Below, piece by piece: positions 38,196-47,395 of a DNA stretch of 64,000 nucleotides (position 1 is its first letter; each line of letters opens with the position of its first letter). The notes beneath the pieces were generated by a model. The model saw nothing but the letters and a program-made list of their open reading frames with translations. It was not told the origin of the DNA and did not search any database. Made by a program: the position numbers and the translations under genes. The stretch is from an uncultured Acidimicrobiales bacterium (GTDB taxonomy: Bacteria > Actinomycetota > Acidimicrobiia > Acidimicrobiales > SHLQ01), in contig CALHTF010000056.1 in the NCBI GenBank assembly GCA_938038815.1, positions 559 to 64,558 on the forward strand. The letters are read 5' to 3'.

Positions 38196-39710
38196 GTGAC
38201 TACCGATGCACGTGGGGACTGGCCGGAACGACTCGAGGGGTTTGCCGAGCGCCAGCGGTCGGCTCGGGCGATGGGCGGCGACGAGAAGCTGGCCCGCCAG
38301 CACGGCAAGGGCAAGCTCGATGCCCGCCAGCGGATTGAAGCACTTGTCGACCCGGGGTCTTTCGTAGAGCTCGGAACGCTCGCCGGGCCGCTCGATGGGT
38401 CGAGCCCGGCCGACGGCGTGGTTGCTGGCCATGGTCTGGTCGATGGTCGCCCGGTAATGGTCGGGGCCGAGGACTTCACGGTGCTCGGAGGATCGATCGG
38501 GCCAGGCAGCGCATCGAAGCGGTTCCGCATCGCCGAGCTGGCCGGACGCGAGCGGGTGCCGCTGGTGATGATTCTCGAAGGTGCGGGTCATCGCCCGCTA
38601 CGAGACGGCGAATCGCACGGGCGCAGCCCGATCGACCTGCAAGAACAGTCGCGACTGTCGGGCAAGGTTCCGATCGTGACCGCGGTGCTTGGGCCTTCGG
38701 CGGGCCATGGCGCTCTCATCGCGTCGTTGTCGGATTTCTCGATCATGAGCCCCCAGGGAGCCATCTTTGCGGCCGGCCCGCCGGTAGTGAAGGAATCATT
38801 GGGTGAAGAGGTCACCAAAGAAGATCTTGGCGGGCCCTCGGTAGCGATTCCGAGTGGTCTGATCCATAACCTGGCCGGCGACGATCACGCGGTGCTGGCC
38901 GATGTTCGCACCTACTTGGGCTACTTCGGTTCGAGCGCCTGGAGTTACCCACCCCTGGGTGGCTCGCCCGACACGGGGCCCCGTTCGCTCGACGACTTGG
39001 TCGAGGTGATCCCGAGCGACGGCGCAAAGGGCTACGACATACGCCACGTCATCAGCCGCGTGGTCGACGGTGGATCGTTCTTTCAGGTTGGGCCCGACTT
39101 TGGGCCAGCGATGGTGTGCGCGTTGGCGCACCTCGGTGGCAACCCGGTGGCCGTTGTGGCAAACCAACCGGCCTACGCCGCCGGCGCGATCGACGCCGAC
39201 GCCGCCGACAAGGCGGCCCACTTCATCGGGGTCGCCGATGCGTTCCACCTCCCGATCGTGTTTCTCACCGATAACCCCGGTGTTCTCGCCGGGTCTGCAT
39301 CGGAGCGTCAGGGTATCTTGCGCAGTGGCGGACGAATGTTTGCGGCGCAAAATCTGGCCCGGGTGCCCAAACTTCAGGTGACGTTGCGCAAGGCGTACGG
39401 CTTTGGATCGATGGTCATGGCTATGACGAGCTTCAATGGGCAAACGATGTCGGTCGGCCTTCCGGGGGTCACGTTGGGTTCGATGGGTGCCGCGTCGGCG
39501 GGCAAGGCGCTCGGCGCCGATGAGCACGACGCCGCCTCGTTGCGGCGGGCGGAAGACAACGCCGGCTACCGTTCGGCTGGGTCGATGAGCTTCGATGAGT
39601 TGATCGAGCCTGCCGAGGTGCGGAATCGATTGCTGGCCGGGCTGTCGCTCGCTTTGGCTCGTCGGCAAGCACCGGCCGAGCCTCGAAGCGGAGCCACGAT
39701 CACCCCGTAG
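38196..39710 (+). CDS. Acyl-CoA carboxylase carboxyltransferase (beta) subunit
   Basis: 504 aa. Shows GKGKLDARQRIEALVDPGSFVELG, FTVLGGSIG, and a second CT half with ADKAAHFIGVADAFHLPIVFLTDNPG. Confidence 0.9.
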   Translation: MTTDARGDWPERLEGFAERQRSARAMGGDEKLARQHGKGKLDARQRIEALVDPGSFVELGTLAGPLDGSSPADGVVAGHGLVDGRPVMVGAEDFTVLGGSIGPGSASKRFRIAELAGRERVPLVMILEGAGHRPLRDGESHGRSPIDLQEQSRLSGKVPIVTAVLGPSAGHGALIASLSDFSIMSPQGAIFAAGPPVVKESLGEEVTKEDLGGPSVAIPSGLIHNLAGDDHAVLADVRTYLGYFGSSAWSYPPLGGSPDTGPRSLDDLVEVIPSDGAKGYDIRHVISRVVDGGSFFQVGPDFGPAMVCALAHLGGNPVAVVANQPAYAAGAIDADAADKAAHFIGVADAFHLPIVFLTDNPGVLAGSASERQGILRSGGRMFAAQNLARVPKLQVTLRKAYGFGSMVMAMTSFNGQTMSVGLPGVTLGSMGAASAGKALGADEHDAASLRRAEDNAGYRSAGSMSFDELIEPAEVRNRLLAGLSLALARRQAPAEPRSGATITP

Positions 39711-39775
39711 AGGGCGCATTACGTTCGCAGTTACAAAGTTTCTCAGGTCGGGTGCCGACGTGCCGACAGGATCTT

Positions 39776-40105
39776 ATGGCCGAGCCACTTCGTTCGATCC
39801 CCTTCGACTACGAACTCGACGATGAACCTCTCACCGCGCACGAAGCGCACGAGCGGTCGACCAACCACGCCTCGGCGCGCAACACCCGGCTGGCAGGCAC
39901 GATCACGATTGCGCTCGGCGGCATCACCGTCGTGCTGGCTGCCGTGATGTTCTTAGCGTCGGCGCGCAACCTGCTTCAGGTTGGCCCAGGCGAACGCTGG
40001 ACCGCGCTTGCCGGTATTGGTCTCATAGCGGTTGGCGGCCTGATCGTTGTGGCGCTCGGTTTGATCGTGCGGGCGTTGAGTGCGCTCGACGAAGCTCGGC
40101 GCTAA
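39776..40105 (+). CDS. Hypothetical 2-TM membrane protein
   Basis: ORF with ATG at 39776 (GTG 39752 is possible). Two hydrophobic helices. No motif. Confidence 0.45.
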   Translation: MAEPLRSIPFDYELDDEPLTAHEAHERSTNHASARNTRLAGTITIALGGITVVLAAVMFLASARNLLQVGPGERWTALAGIGLIAVGGLIVVALGLIVRALSALDEARR

Positions 40106-40121
40106 CGCGTTATTCGAACTC

Positions 40122-41867
40122 CTACCAATATTCTTCGAAGTGAATATTGCCCGGCTCGTTGCGCTTATCGAGGGTAAACCCGCGCTCGGTCAGTAGTTCG
40201 ACGACTCCGGTCGTCTCGGGGAATGTGCCGTCTTCGGGAAGGCCGATCATCGCTGGGTTGCCGCAGAGAAACACGTGGGTGTTTTCGGGCTGTAAGGGAT
40301 GGCCGAGGAACTGCTCGAAATCGTTGTTGACGATGAGGTCCTGGAGGTAACGCTTTGGGACATCGGCCTCGCGGGTCGGCATGGGGACGTAGTGGTAGTT
40401 GGGGTAACGCTTCTCGAGTTCGCGGTGCGTTTCCATGTAACCCAGGTCGGCCCAGTTGCGCACGGTGACCGTGGCGATGATCGGGCCGGTGTGGCCTTTG
40501 CGGAGGAGTTCGGCGGCCATCGAGTTGTGTGGTGCCTCGCCGGTTCCGGTGGCGAAGAACACGACGGTGGTCGACGGGTCGAGAACCGAGCCGAGCGTGT
40601 ATCGGCCGGCGACCTTTGGGCCGAGGTAAATGCGGTCGCCTGGGCGTTTGAGTGCCAAGCGGGGAGTGAGGGCCGGAACGTGAGACTCATCGGCGCGCAC
40701 CAGCACGATGTAGAACTCGAGTTCGCCGCCAACATCGCCGGGCGCGATGTACCCCGACTCTTCGAGAATGGGGTGCGAGATCGAGTACGAGCGGCGGATC
40801 AGCTTTTCCCACTTGTCGTCGAGGTCGGGGTCGACCGCCTCGTCAATACGGTCTTCCCAGTAGCCGAGGCCGAGCGACGCGTACTGGCCCGGCAGATACG
40901 TGGTGTCGCCGTGGTCGGGCTTGACCCGCAGCACCCACAGGTCGGAGTGGGTCGGCTCGAAAGCGGTAATGGTTGCGTTGTAGTGCTCGTGGCGGAACTC
41001 TTCGACCGCGGATTCGTGGCGGGCCCGGCGACGCACGACCGACTTGGCGGCTGGGGCGTCGAAACCCGGGAAGCAGGCCTCGACCAAACGGGTGCCGATC
41101 TCCCACGAGTCGGCGGTCGGAACGTTCGGGTGGGTGTCGGGTTCGCCGAGGAACCACACCCGCCCGGTGGCCAACGCTTCTTCGGATACGTTGAAGGTTT
41201 CGAACGGCGGCCGGCAACGTTGGGCCGCCAACACGATGTGGTCGAACTCAAGGTCGGGTGTTCGGCGATCGTTGAAGAACGCGACGGGAAACTTGTCGTC
41301 GCTGCTGATCTCGTCGGGGACGGCGCGGTACAAGATCGTGGCCCGGCGCTCGCGCTCGAGTTGGCGCAGGGTGGTGTCGGCGGCGGGCGCTAACTGTGCC
41401 GGGTCCATCCCGCCAGCAGCCATCACGACCCGTGCCCCGGCATTGGCCGCGTTCCAGACCAACTCCACCGCGTTATCGGTGTGGCCCACGACCATGATGT
41501 CGAGGTCGTCAAGGTGCTCGGGCAAGGTATCGACCGTAACCGAGGCTTGGGGCGAGGCGAGAGGTGGCGACCAGTTCGGGTCGGCGTCGCGCATCGCCAT
41601 CAGGCAGCCGTGGGTGCGATAGGTGCGAAGGTCGGTGGTGACGAGGAGTTCGTCGCCATCGAGTTCGACGCCGACCAGGTTCTCGCCGTAGGCGACATCG
41701 ACTTGGTTGGCGGGCACTAGTTCGCCGAAGGCCACCCGGTCGCCGGGCTCGATGAGTCGTACCCGTTTGAGGCCCGAGCGCAGCGACGAGATGGCAACCG
41801 AGAGCCCGCCCGCGGTTCCGCCGATCACGATCAGGTCGTAGAGGTCGTCGGTGGCGGTGTCGTTCAT
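40122..41867 (-). CDS. Fusion protein: N-terminal FAD/NAD(P)-binding oxidoreductase-like module plus C-terminal Fpr-type ferredoxin-NADP+ reductase
   Basis: 581 aa. N-terminus DLIVIGGTAGG (GxGxxG). C-terminal half has RSYSISHP (FAD RxYS), FFATGTGEAP, VFLCGNPAMI and a terminal FEEYW, as in bacterial Fpr. Confidence 0.85.
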   Translation of the reverse strand: MNDTATDDLYDLIVIGGTAGGLSVAISSLRSGLKRVRLIEPGDRVAFGELVPANQVDVAYGENLVGVELDGDELLVTTDLRTYRTHGCLMAMRDADPNWSPPLASPQASVTVDTLPEHLDDLDIMVVGHTDNAVELVWNAANAGARVVMAAGGMDPAQLAPAADTTLRQLERERRATILYRAVPDEISSDDKFPVAFFNDRRTPDLEFDHIVLAAQRCRPPFETFNVSEEALATGRVWFLGEPDTHPNVPTADSWEIGTRLVEACFPGFDAPAAKSVVRRRARHESAVEEFRHEHYNATITAFEPTHSDLWVLRVKPDHGDTTYLPGQYASLGLGYWEDRIDEAVDPDLDDKWEKLIRRSYSISHPILEESGYIAPGDVGGELEFYIVLVRADESHVPALTPRLALKRPGDRIYLGPKVAGRYTLGSVLDPSTTVVFFATGTGEAPHNSMAAELLRKGHTGPIIATVTVRNWADLGYMETHRELEKRYPNYHYVPMPTREADVPKRYLQDLIVNNDFEQFLGHPLQPENTHVFLCGNPAMIGLPEDGTFPETTGVVELLTERGFTLDKRNEPGNIHFEEYW

Positions 41868-41978
41868 CGGGGCTCCCTCGAGTCAGAGGAATAGGCGAGC
41901 GGTTGTGTAGATAGCTCTTGAACCAGCCTTCGGACCTGCTTTATTCCGATCTGGAGCTGCCTATTCGTTCCCCCAGAG

Positions 41979-43115
41979 TTACAACCGTTCGATGATGTAG
42001 TCCAGACAGTTCGTCAAAGCTTCGATGTCGGACGGCGGCGTTGCCGGGAACATAGCGATGCGGAGCTGGTTGCGGCCGAGCTTGCGGTAGCCGTTGGTGT
42101 CGACGATGTTGTTGGCCCGCAAGATATCGGCGAGCATGTCGGCGCTGATCGAATCGTCGAAGTCGATGGTGGCCACCGTCGAGCTGCGGTGCTCGGGGTT
42201 GGCGACAAACGGCGACGCGAAGTCGCGGCTTTCGGCCCACCCGTACATGGTGGCGGCCGACTCGTCGCACCGCTTGGCGGCGAACTCAAGGCCGCCGTTG
42301 TGGTTGATCCACTCGACTAGCTCGACGGCCAAGAAGATGGTGGTGAGCGCTGGGGTGTTGTTGGTTTGGTCTTTGCGGCTGTTGTCGAGCGCCGTCTTGA
42401 GGTTGAGCGACGGCGGGATCCAGCGATCCGAGGCGGCGATCGATTCGATCCGGTCGGCACAAGCGGGGGAGATGGCGGCCAGCCACAGGCCGCCGTCGGA
42501 ACCCAACACCTTTTGCGGGGCGAAGTAGTAGCAGTCGGTTTCGGCAGCCGAGAAGCGCAAGCCACCAGCGCCCGAGGTTGCGTCGACGAGAACAAGTGCA
42601 TCGGCGTCGGCGCCTTCGGGGCGGACCAGGGGCATCGACACGCCGGTGGTGGTTTCGTTGTGGGTCAGCGCGTAAACGTCGATTCCTGGGCGGGCAACGG
42701 CTTCGGTGCGGGTGCCCGGCTCGACGGCGATGATCTCGGGGTCGTCGAGGTGCGGTGCGCCAGCGACCGCCTTACCAAACTTGCCGGAGAACTCGCCAAA
42801 GTCGAGGTGCTGGGACTTGTTGTTGATTAGGCCGAACAGTGCGGCGTCCCAAAAGATCGTGGTTCCGCCGTTGCCGAGCATGATCTCGTAACCATCGGGG
42901 AGAACAAACATTTCGGCGAGCGCATTGCGTAGTCGAGACACCATGAACTTCACCGGGGCCTGCCGGTGGCTGGTGCCCATGTACTCGGGAGCTTCGGCCG
43001 CCAACGCGGCGATACCTTCGGGCCGAACCCGAGATGGTCCGGCGCCAAAGCGGCCATCGGCGGGGAGCAGGTCGGCGGGGATGGTGATTTGGGGGGTTTC
43101 GGTGTTAGTGGTCAC
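41979..43115 (-). CDS. serC: Phosphoserine aminotransferase (actinobacterial type)
   Basis: 378 aa. Shows DGRFGAGPSRVR near the N-terminus, FAPQKVLGSDGGLW (PLP Lys), and an overall mycobacterial SerC-like layout. Confidence 0.85.
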   Translation of the reverse strand: MTTNTETPQITIPADLLPADGRFGAGPSRVRPEGIAALAAEAPEYMGTSHRQAPVKFMVSRLRNALAEMFVLPDGYEIMLGNGGTTIFWDAALFGLINNKSQHLDFGEFSGKFGKAVAGAPHLDDPEIIAVEPGTRTEAVARPGIDVYALTHNETTTGVSMPLVRPEGADADALVLVDATSGAGGLRFSAAETDCYYFAPQKVLGSDGGLWLAAISPACADRIESIAASDRWIPPSLNLKTALDNSRKDQTNNTPALTTIFLAVELVEWINHNGGLEFAAKRCDESAATMYGWAESRDFASPFVANPEHRSSTVATIDFDDSISADMLADILRANNIVDTNGYRKLGRNQLRIAMFPATPPSDIEALTNCLDYIIERL

Positions 43116-43263
43116 CTACTAACTATGCCGCATTGTCGCGTGAATCGTGTCAACATGCACCCTTAGATTTTGGGCAATTTGCTCGGCCGTTCTGTGGGTA
43201 ATCCGCAGTTCATGGCTGGTCTGACCGCTCACAAAGCTCGACAAGACAAGAAGGCACAACTCC

Positions 43264-44460
43264 ATGACCTCCGAACGGCTCTCTTCCCGCATCGGCGCAA
43301 TCACCGAATCGGCGACCTTGGCCATCACTGCGAAGGCCAAGTCGCTCAAAGCCGCCGGCGAACCGGTGATTGGTTTTGGTGCCGGCGAGCCCGACTTTGC
43401 GACCCCGGCTCACATCGTCGAGGCGGCGGTTGCGGCCTGTCAGGATCCGGTCAACCACAAGTACTCGCCAGCGGGCGGACTGCCGGTGCTCAAAGAAGCG
43501 ATCGTCGCCAAGACCCTTCGCGATTCGGGTGTCGAGTTCGATCCGAGCCAGGTACTCATCACCAACGGCGGCAAGCACGCCGTGTACAACACCTTCGAGG
43601 CGCTGCTGAACCCGGGTGATGAGGTGCTGGTACCGACCCCGTTCTGGACCACCTACCCCGAACCTATTTCGCTCGCTGGCGCCTCGACCGTGCAGGTTCA
43701 GACCAACATCGAATCCGGCTTTCGGGTGAGTGTCGACCAACTCGAAGCGGCGTACACCCCGAACACCAAGGCGCTGTTGTTCGTGTCGCCGTCCAACCCG
43801 ACCGGCGCCGTGTACCCCAAAGAAACCATGGAAGCGATCGGCCAATGGGCGCTCGCCAAAGGCATCTGGGTCATCACCGACGAAATCTACGAACACCTTC
43901 TTTATGCGGGTAACGAACATCACTCGATCCTGAAGCTCGTGCCCGAACTCGCCGACAAGTGCGTGGTGCTCAACGGTGTAGCGAAAACCTTCGCCATGAC
44001 CGGCTGGCGGGTGGGCTGGATGATGGGCCCGAACGATCTCATCAAGGCGGCGCAGAACCTCCAGTCGCACTCGACCTCCAATGTGTGCAACGTCGCCCAG
44101 CGAGCCGCCCTCGCCGCGGTGACCGGACCCCTCGATGCGGTAGTCGAGATGCGGGGCCACTTCGATCGTCGTCGCCAGCTGATGTACTCGTTGCTATCGG
44201 GCATCGACGGTGTCGAGGTCCTTGAACCTGAGGGTGCGTTCTACGCCTTCCCGTCGTTCGAGGGCGTACTCGGTCGCGACATTGGTGGGGTAACCCCCAA
44301 CAGCACCACCGAACTGGCTGCTCTTATCCTCGATCAGGCCAAGGTTGCGATCGTGCCCGGCGAGGCCTTTGGTTCGCCGGGGTACGCACGGTTCTCGTTT
44401 GCCCTCGGCGACGACGACTTGGGCGAAGGTATCGGCCGCATCGCCGACCTGTTGGCCTAA
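43264..44460 (+). CDS. Class I/II pyridoxal-phosphate aminotransferase (aspartate aminotransferase-like)
   Basis: 398 aa. Shows [18 protein letters not shown], and [12 protein letters not shown] (Schiff-base Lys). Confidence 0.9.
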   Translation: MTSERLSSRIGAITESATLAITAKAKSLKAAGEPVIGFGAGEPDFATPAHIVEAAVAACQDPVNHKYSPAGGLPVLKEAIVAKTLRDSGVEFDPSQVLITNGGKHAVYNTFEALLNPGDEVLVPTPFWTTYPEPISLAGASTVQVQTNIESGFRVSVDQLEAAYTPNTKALLFVSPSNPTGAVYPKETMEAIGQWALAKGIWVITDEIYEHLLYAGNEHHSILKLVPELADKCVVLNGVAKTFAMTGWRVGWMMGPNDLIKAAQNLQSHSTSNVCNVAQRAALAAVTGPLDAVVEMRGHFDRRRQLMYSLLSGIDGVEVLEPEGAFYAFPSFEGVLGRDIGGVTPNSTTELAALILDQAKVAIVPGEAFGSPGYARFSFALGDDDLGEGIGRIADLLA

Positions 44461-44462
44461 CC

Positions 44463-46349
44463 GTGGCCGCCGTCGCACCGTTTGGTTCGTGGGAGTCGCC
44501 GCTTAGTCCCCAAACCTTGGTTTCGGGGGCGGTGCGGATCTCTGAAGTTGTACCCGACGGCGACGCGGTTTGGTGGGCCGAGTCGCGCCCGGAAGAAGGT
44601 GGCCGATCGGCGTTGATGCGCTGGCGCGACGGCACTGCGACCGAGATCACGCCGCCCGAGGCCAACGTTCGGACCCGGGTGCACGAGTACGGCGGGGGCG
44701 CGTGGTGGATCCACGACGGCATCGCCTTCTACGTCGACGATTCCGATCAGCGATTGCGTTCGATCACCCCGGCTGGAGACGTGGCTGTTCTGTCGCCCGA
44801 ACCAGCCACGCCTCGTGCGCTGCGGTTCGCCGATATGCGGGTGAGCCCCGATGGTCGCTGGGTGGTGTCGATCGGCGAAGAACATGCTGAAGGGACGCCT
44901 GAACCGATCAACCGGGTCGTTGCGCTGTCGACTGCGGCCGATCAGATCATCCATGTGGTGGCCGAAGGGCACGATTTCTACCAGTCGCCTCGGTTCTCGC
45001 CCGACGGCTCACAGCTTTGCTGGACAGCCTGGGACCACCCGAACATGCCGTGGGACGACACCGTCTTGTACTGCGCCGAGGTAACGCTCGGCGACACGGT
45101 CGAGGTCGGTCCCGCTCGGATCGTTGCCGGGGGAGTGACTGCGGGTGAGGCGGTTGTGCAACCCGAATGGTCGCCCGATGGCCGGCTGCACTTTGGTTCA
45201 GACCGCAACGATCGATGGCAGATCTTTGTTGAGGGCGATGACGAGCCGGTGCTCGATGTAGCTGGCGAGGTCGGTTACCCGCCGTGGGTCTTTGGGTTGT
45301 CTCGTTACGCGTTCTTGCCATCGGGCGAGATCGTTGCCGCTCGCTTTGTCGATGGCGTTGAGGTGCTCGACCAAAGCCCCGAGTACACGGCGTTTAACAC
45401 CATCCGAACGTCGGGCACCGTCGATGCTCCGGTAATTTCCTACGGTGCCGCCTCGTGGTCGGCGGAAGCCACGGTGATCGCCAACGGTGAGGTTATTCGA
45501 GCGCCTCGCTCGCTCGGCCTCGACCCGGGGTTCTTGACCGCCCCGGAGGTGATTCGGTTCCCCGCATCCAACAACCCCGCCACCGAAGTCTCGGCTCTCT
45601 TCTTCGCCCCCGCTCATCCCACCACCAACGGTCCCGAGGGTGAACGCCCGCCCTTGATCGTGCTGGCCCATGGCGGTCCGACCTCGGCTGCTCGTTCTGA
45701 GCTCAAACTCGAACGCCGGTTCTGGACGAGTCGAGGGTTTGCCGTGGTCGACGTGAACTACCGCGGCAGCAGCGGTTTCGGCCGTCGGTATCGCAAAGCG
45801 CTCGACGGCCATTGGGGCATCGCCGATGTTCAGGACTGTGTCGCCGCCGCCCAGTTCTTGGCCGACCGGGGCGATGTCGACCCCGACCGGTTGCTGATTC
45901 GGGGCGGAAGCGCTGGCGGTTTCACGGTGCTCAGCGCACTCGCGTTCCACGACACGTTCGCCGCCGGGGCATCGAGCTACGGCGTGGCCGACCTCACCGC
46001 CTTGGCCGAGGACACCCACAAGTTCGAGAGCCGCTACCTTGACAACTTGGTTGGGCCCTACCCCGAAGCCCGCGAGATCTACGAACAACGATCGCCGATC
46101 AACCACCTCGACGGGTTCGATAAACCGATGATCGTGCTTCAGGGTTCCGAGGACGAGATCGTTCCGCCGGCCCAGTCGAGGATGATCGTCGCGGCCCTCG
46201 AAGCTCGGGGTGTTCCGGTTGTGTATCTCGAGTTTGAGGGCGAACAGCATGGGTTTCGCAAAGCCGAAACCGTCATCGCCGCCCTCGAAGCCGAACTCGG
46301 CTTCTTCGGCTCGGTCTGTGGGTTTACCCCAGCAAGCCCACTAGATTGA
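44463..46349 (+). CDS. S9 family serine peptidase (prolyl oligopeptidase / acylaminoacyl peptidase-like)
   Basis: 628 aa. N-terminal beta-propeller-like region. Catalytic GGSAGGFTV (Ser), DEIVP (Asp) and EGEQHGF (His). Confidence 0.9.
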   Translation: MAAVAPFGSWESPLSPQTLVSGAVRISEVVPDGDAVWWAESRPEEGGRSALMRWRDGTATEITPPEANVRTRVHEYGGGAWWIHDGIAFYVDDSDQRLRSITPAGDVAVLSPEPATPRALRFADMRVSPDGRWVVSIGEEHAEGTPEPINRVVALSTAADQIIHVVAEGHDFYQSPRFSPDGSQLCWTAWDHPNMPWDDTVLYCAEVTLGDTVEVGPARIVAGGVTAGEAVVQPEWSPDGRLHFGSDRNDRWQIFVEGDDEPVLDVAGEVGYPPWVFGLSRYAFLPSGEIVAARFVDGVEVLDQSPEYTAFNTIRTSGTVDAPVISYGAASWSAEATVIANGEVIRAPRSLGLDPGFLTAPEVIRFPASNNPATEVSALFFAPAHPTTNGPEGERPPLIVLAHGGPTSAARSELKLERRFWTSRGFAVVDVNYRGSSGFGRRYRKALDGHWGIADVQDCVAAAQFLADRGDVDPDRLLIRGGSAGGFTVLSALAFHDTFAAGASSYGVADLTALAEDTHKFESRYLDNLVGPYPEAREIYEQRSPINHLDGFDKPMIVLQGSEDEIVPPAQSRMIVAALEARGVPVVYLEFEGEQHGFRKAETVIAALEAELGFFGSVCGFTPASPLD

Positions 46350-46495
46350 GCAGGTCGCGATCTCACCGGTCGCGCTCAGCTTCCCCCACCGGTTCGAATG
46401 CGGCTCAAAATGGCCTCTGACCACCACCAAGGGTTGAATCGAGCCGACCGCTAGGCAAAGCTTAGGTAGACCGCGACTACCGAAGAAGTGTCAAT

Positions 46496-47299
46496 ATGAG
46501 CCGTGAAGGAGACGGATTGCAGTGGGATTCCAGGCTGTCGCCTGGAGGTATTGGTAGTCCGCGTCATACCCGTCACGGCGTTCCGCGCTGGGTGTGGGTG
46601 GTAGTCGGCCTTACCTTTTTGTTGCTCTTGCTGTGGTTCATGGCAAGCCGCGGCGGCGACAGTGACAACACAACCGCATCCCCAGAGTCCGGCGATATTG
46701 CCGCTGCGGTGCGGATCGCCGAGAACCGAGCCGGTTACTCCGCCATCGAAATCACCGAGACCGACCAGAACGGTCGCATTGTCTTGACTGGCAACTTGCC
46801 GACCCTTGCCGACCGCCTGGCGGCCGAGAAGGTCGCCGTGTCGGTGGCCAACGTCATCGATGTCGACAATCAAATCACCACCGACGAGGTCGAACCCGTC
46901 GAGGGCGAAACCGCCGCGCCCCCCGTGTCGGAAGGGGCGCTGCTCTTGCAACGCAACTTGGCCCGAGAGGTTTCGGCGAATCCCATCTTCTTCGCGAGTG
47001 CAAGTGCCGAACTCGACCCCGTGTCGGCGGCGACTCTCGACCGTATCGCTGGCCTGTTGGGCGAGTCGTCGGCCAGCGTGGTTATCGAAGGCCACACCGA
47101 CTCCGATGGCGAAGAACAAGCAAACCTTGAGCTCAGTTCGGCTCGAGCTCAGACCGTGCTCGATCAACTGGTGACCCGTGGTATCGACCCGGCGCGCCTC
47201 ACCGCCCAAGGGTTTGGTGAGAGCCAGCCGGTTGCGTCGAATGAGTCCAAAGAGGGCAAGGCGAAGAATCGACGTATCGAGTTCGTCGTCGCCGGCTAA
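46496..47299 (+). CDS. TM-BON-OmpA_C protein (ArfA/OmpATb-like peptidoglycan-binding protein)
   Basis: 267 aa. TM segment WVWVVVGLTFLLLLLWF, a BON-like segment, then IEGHTDSDGEEQANLELSSARA...NRRIEFVV (OmpA C-terminal domain). Confidence 0.85.
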   Translation: MSREGDGLQWDSRLSPGGIGSPRHTRHGVPRWVWVVVGLTFLLLLLWFMASRGGDSDNTTASPESGDIAAAVRIAENRAGYSAIEITETDQNGRIVLTGNLPTLADRLAAEKVAVSVANVIDVDNQITTDEVEPVEGETAAPPVSEGALLLQRNLAREVSANPIFFASASAELDPVSAATLDRIAGLLGESSASVVIEGHTDSDGEEQANLELSSARAQTVLDQLVTRGIDPARLTAQGFGESQPVASNESKEGKAKNRRIEFVVAG

Positions 47300-47395
47300 C
47301 CAGGCGGCCTGACCATCGGGCCATCGGGAAAGTCTTACGATTTGTAAGGCAGTAAAGTTGAGTACTTCGGTCGGGTTTCAAGCTAAGTTCGCCCT

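Noticed and set aside
43119-43349. 76-aa minus-strand ORF spanning the serC/aminotransferase divergent promoter gap.
   Set aside because: It overlaps the aminotransferase start, has no RBS or motif, and the gap is better explained as a lower-GC divergent promoter region.
46391-46399. GGTTCGAAT, a tRNA T-loop-like string, in the gap upstream of the OmpA-like gene.
   Set aside because: The flanking bases (ACCGG / GCGGC) cannot form the T-stem, and no acceptor or anticodon arms can be drawn, so it is not a tRNA.
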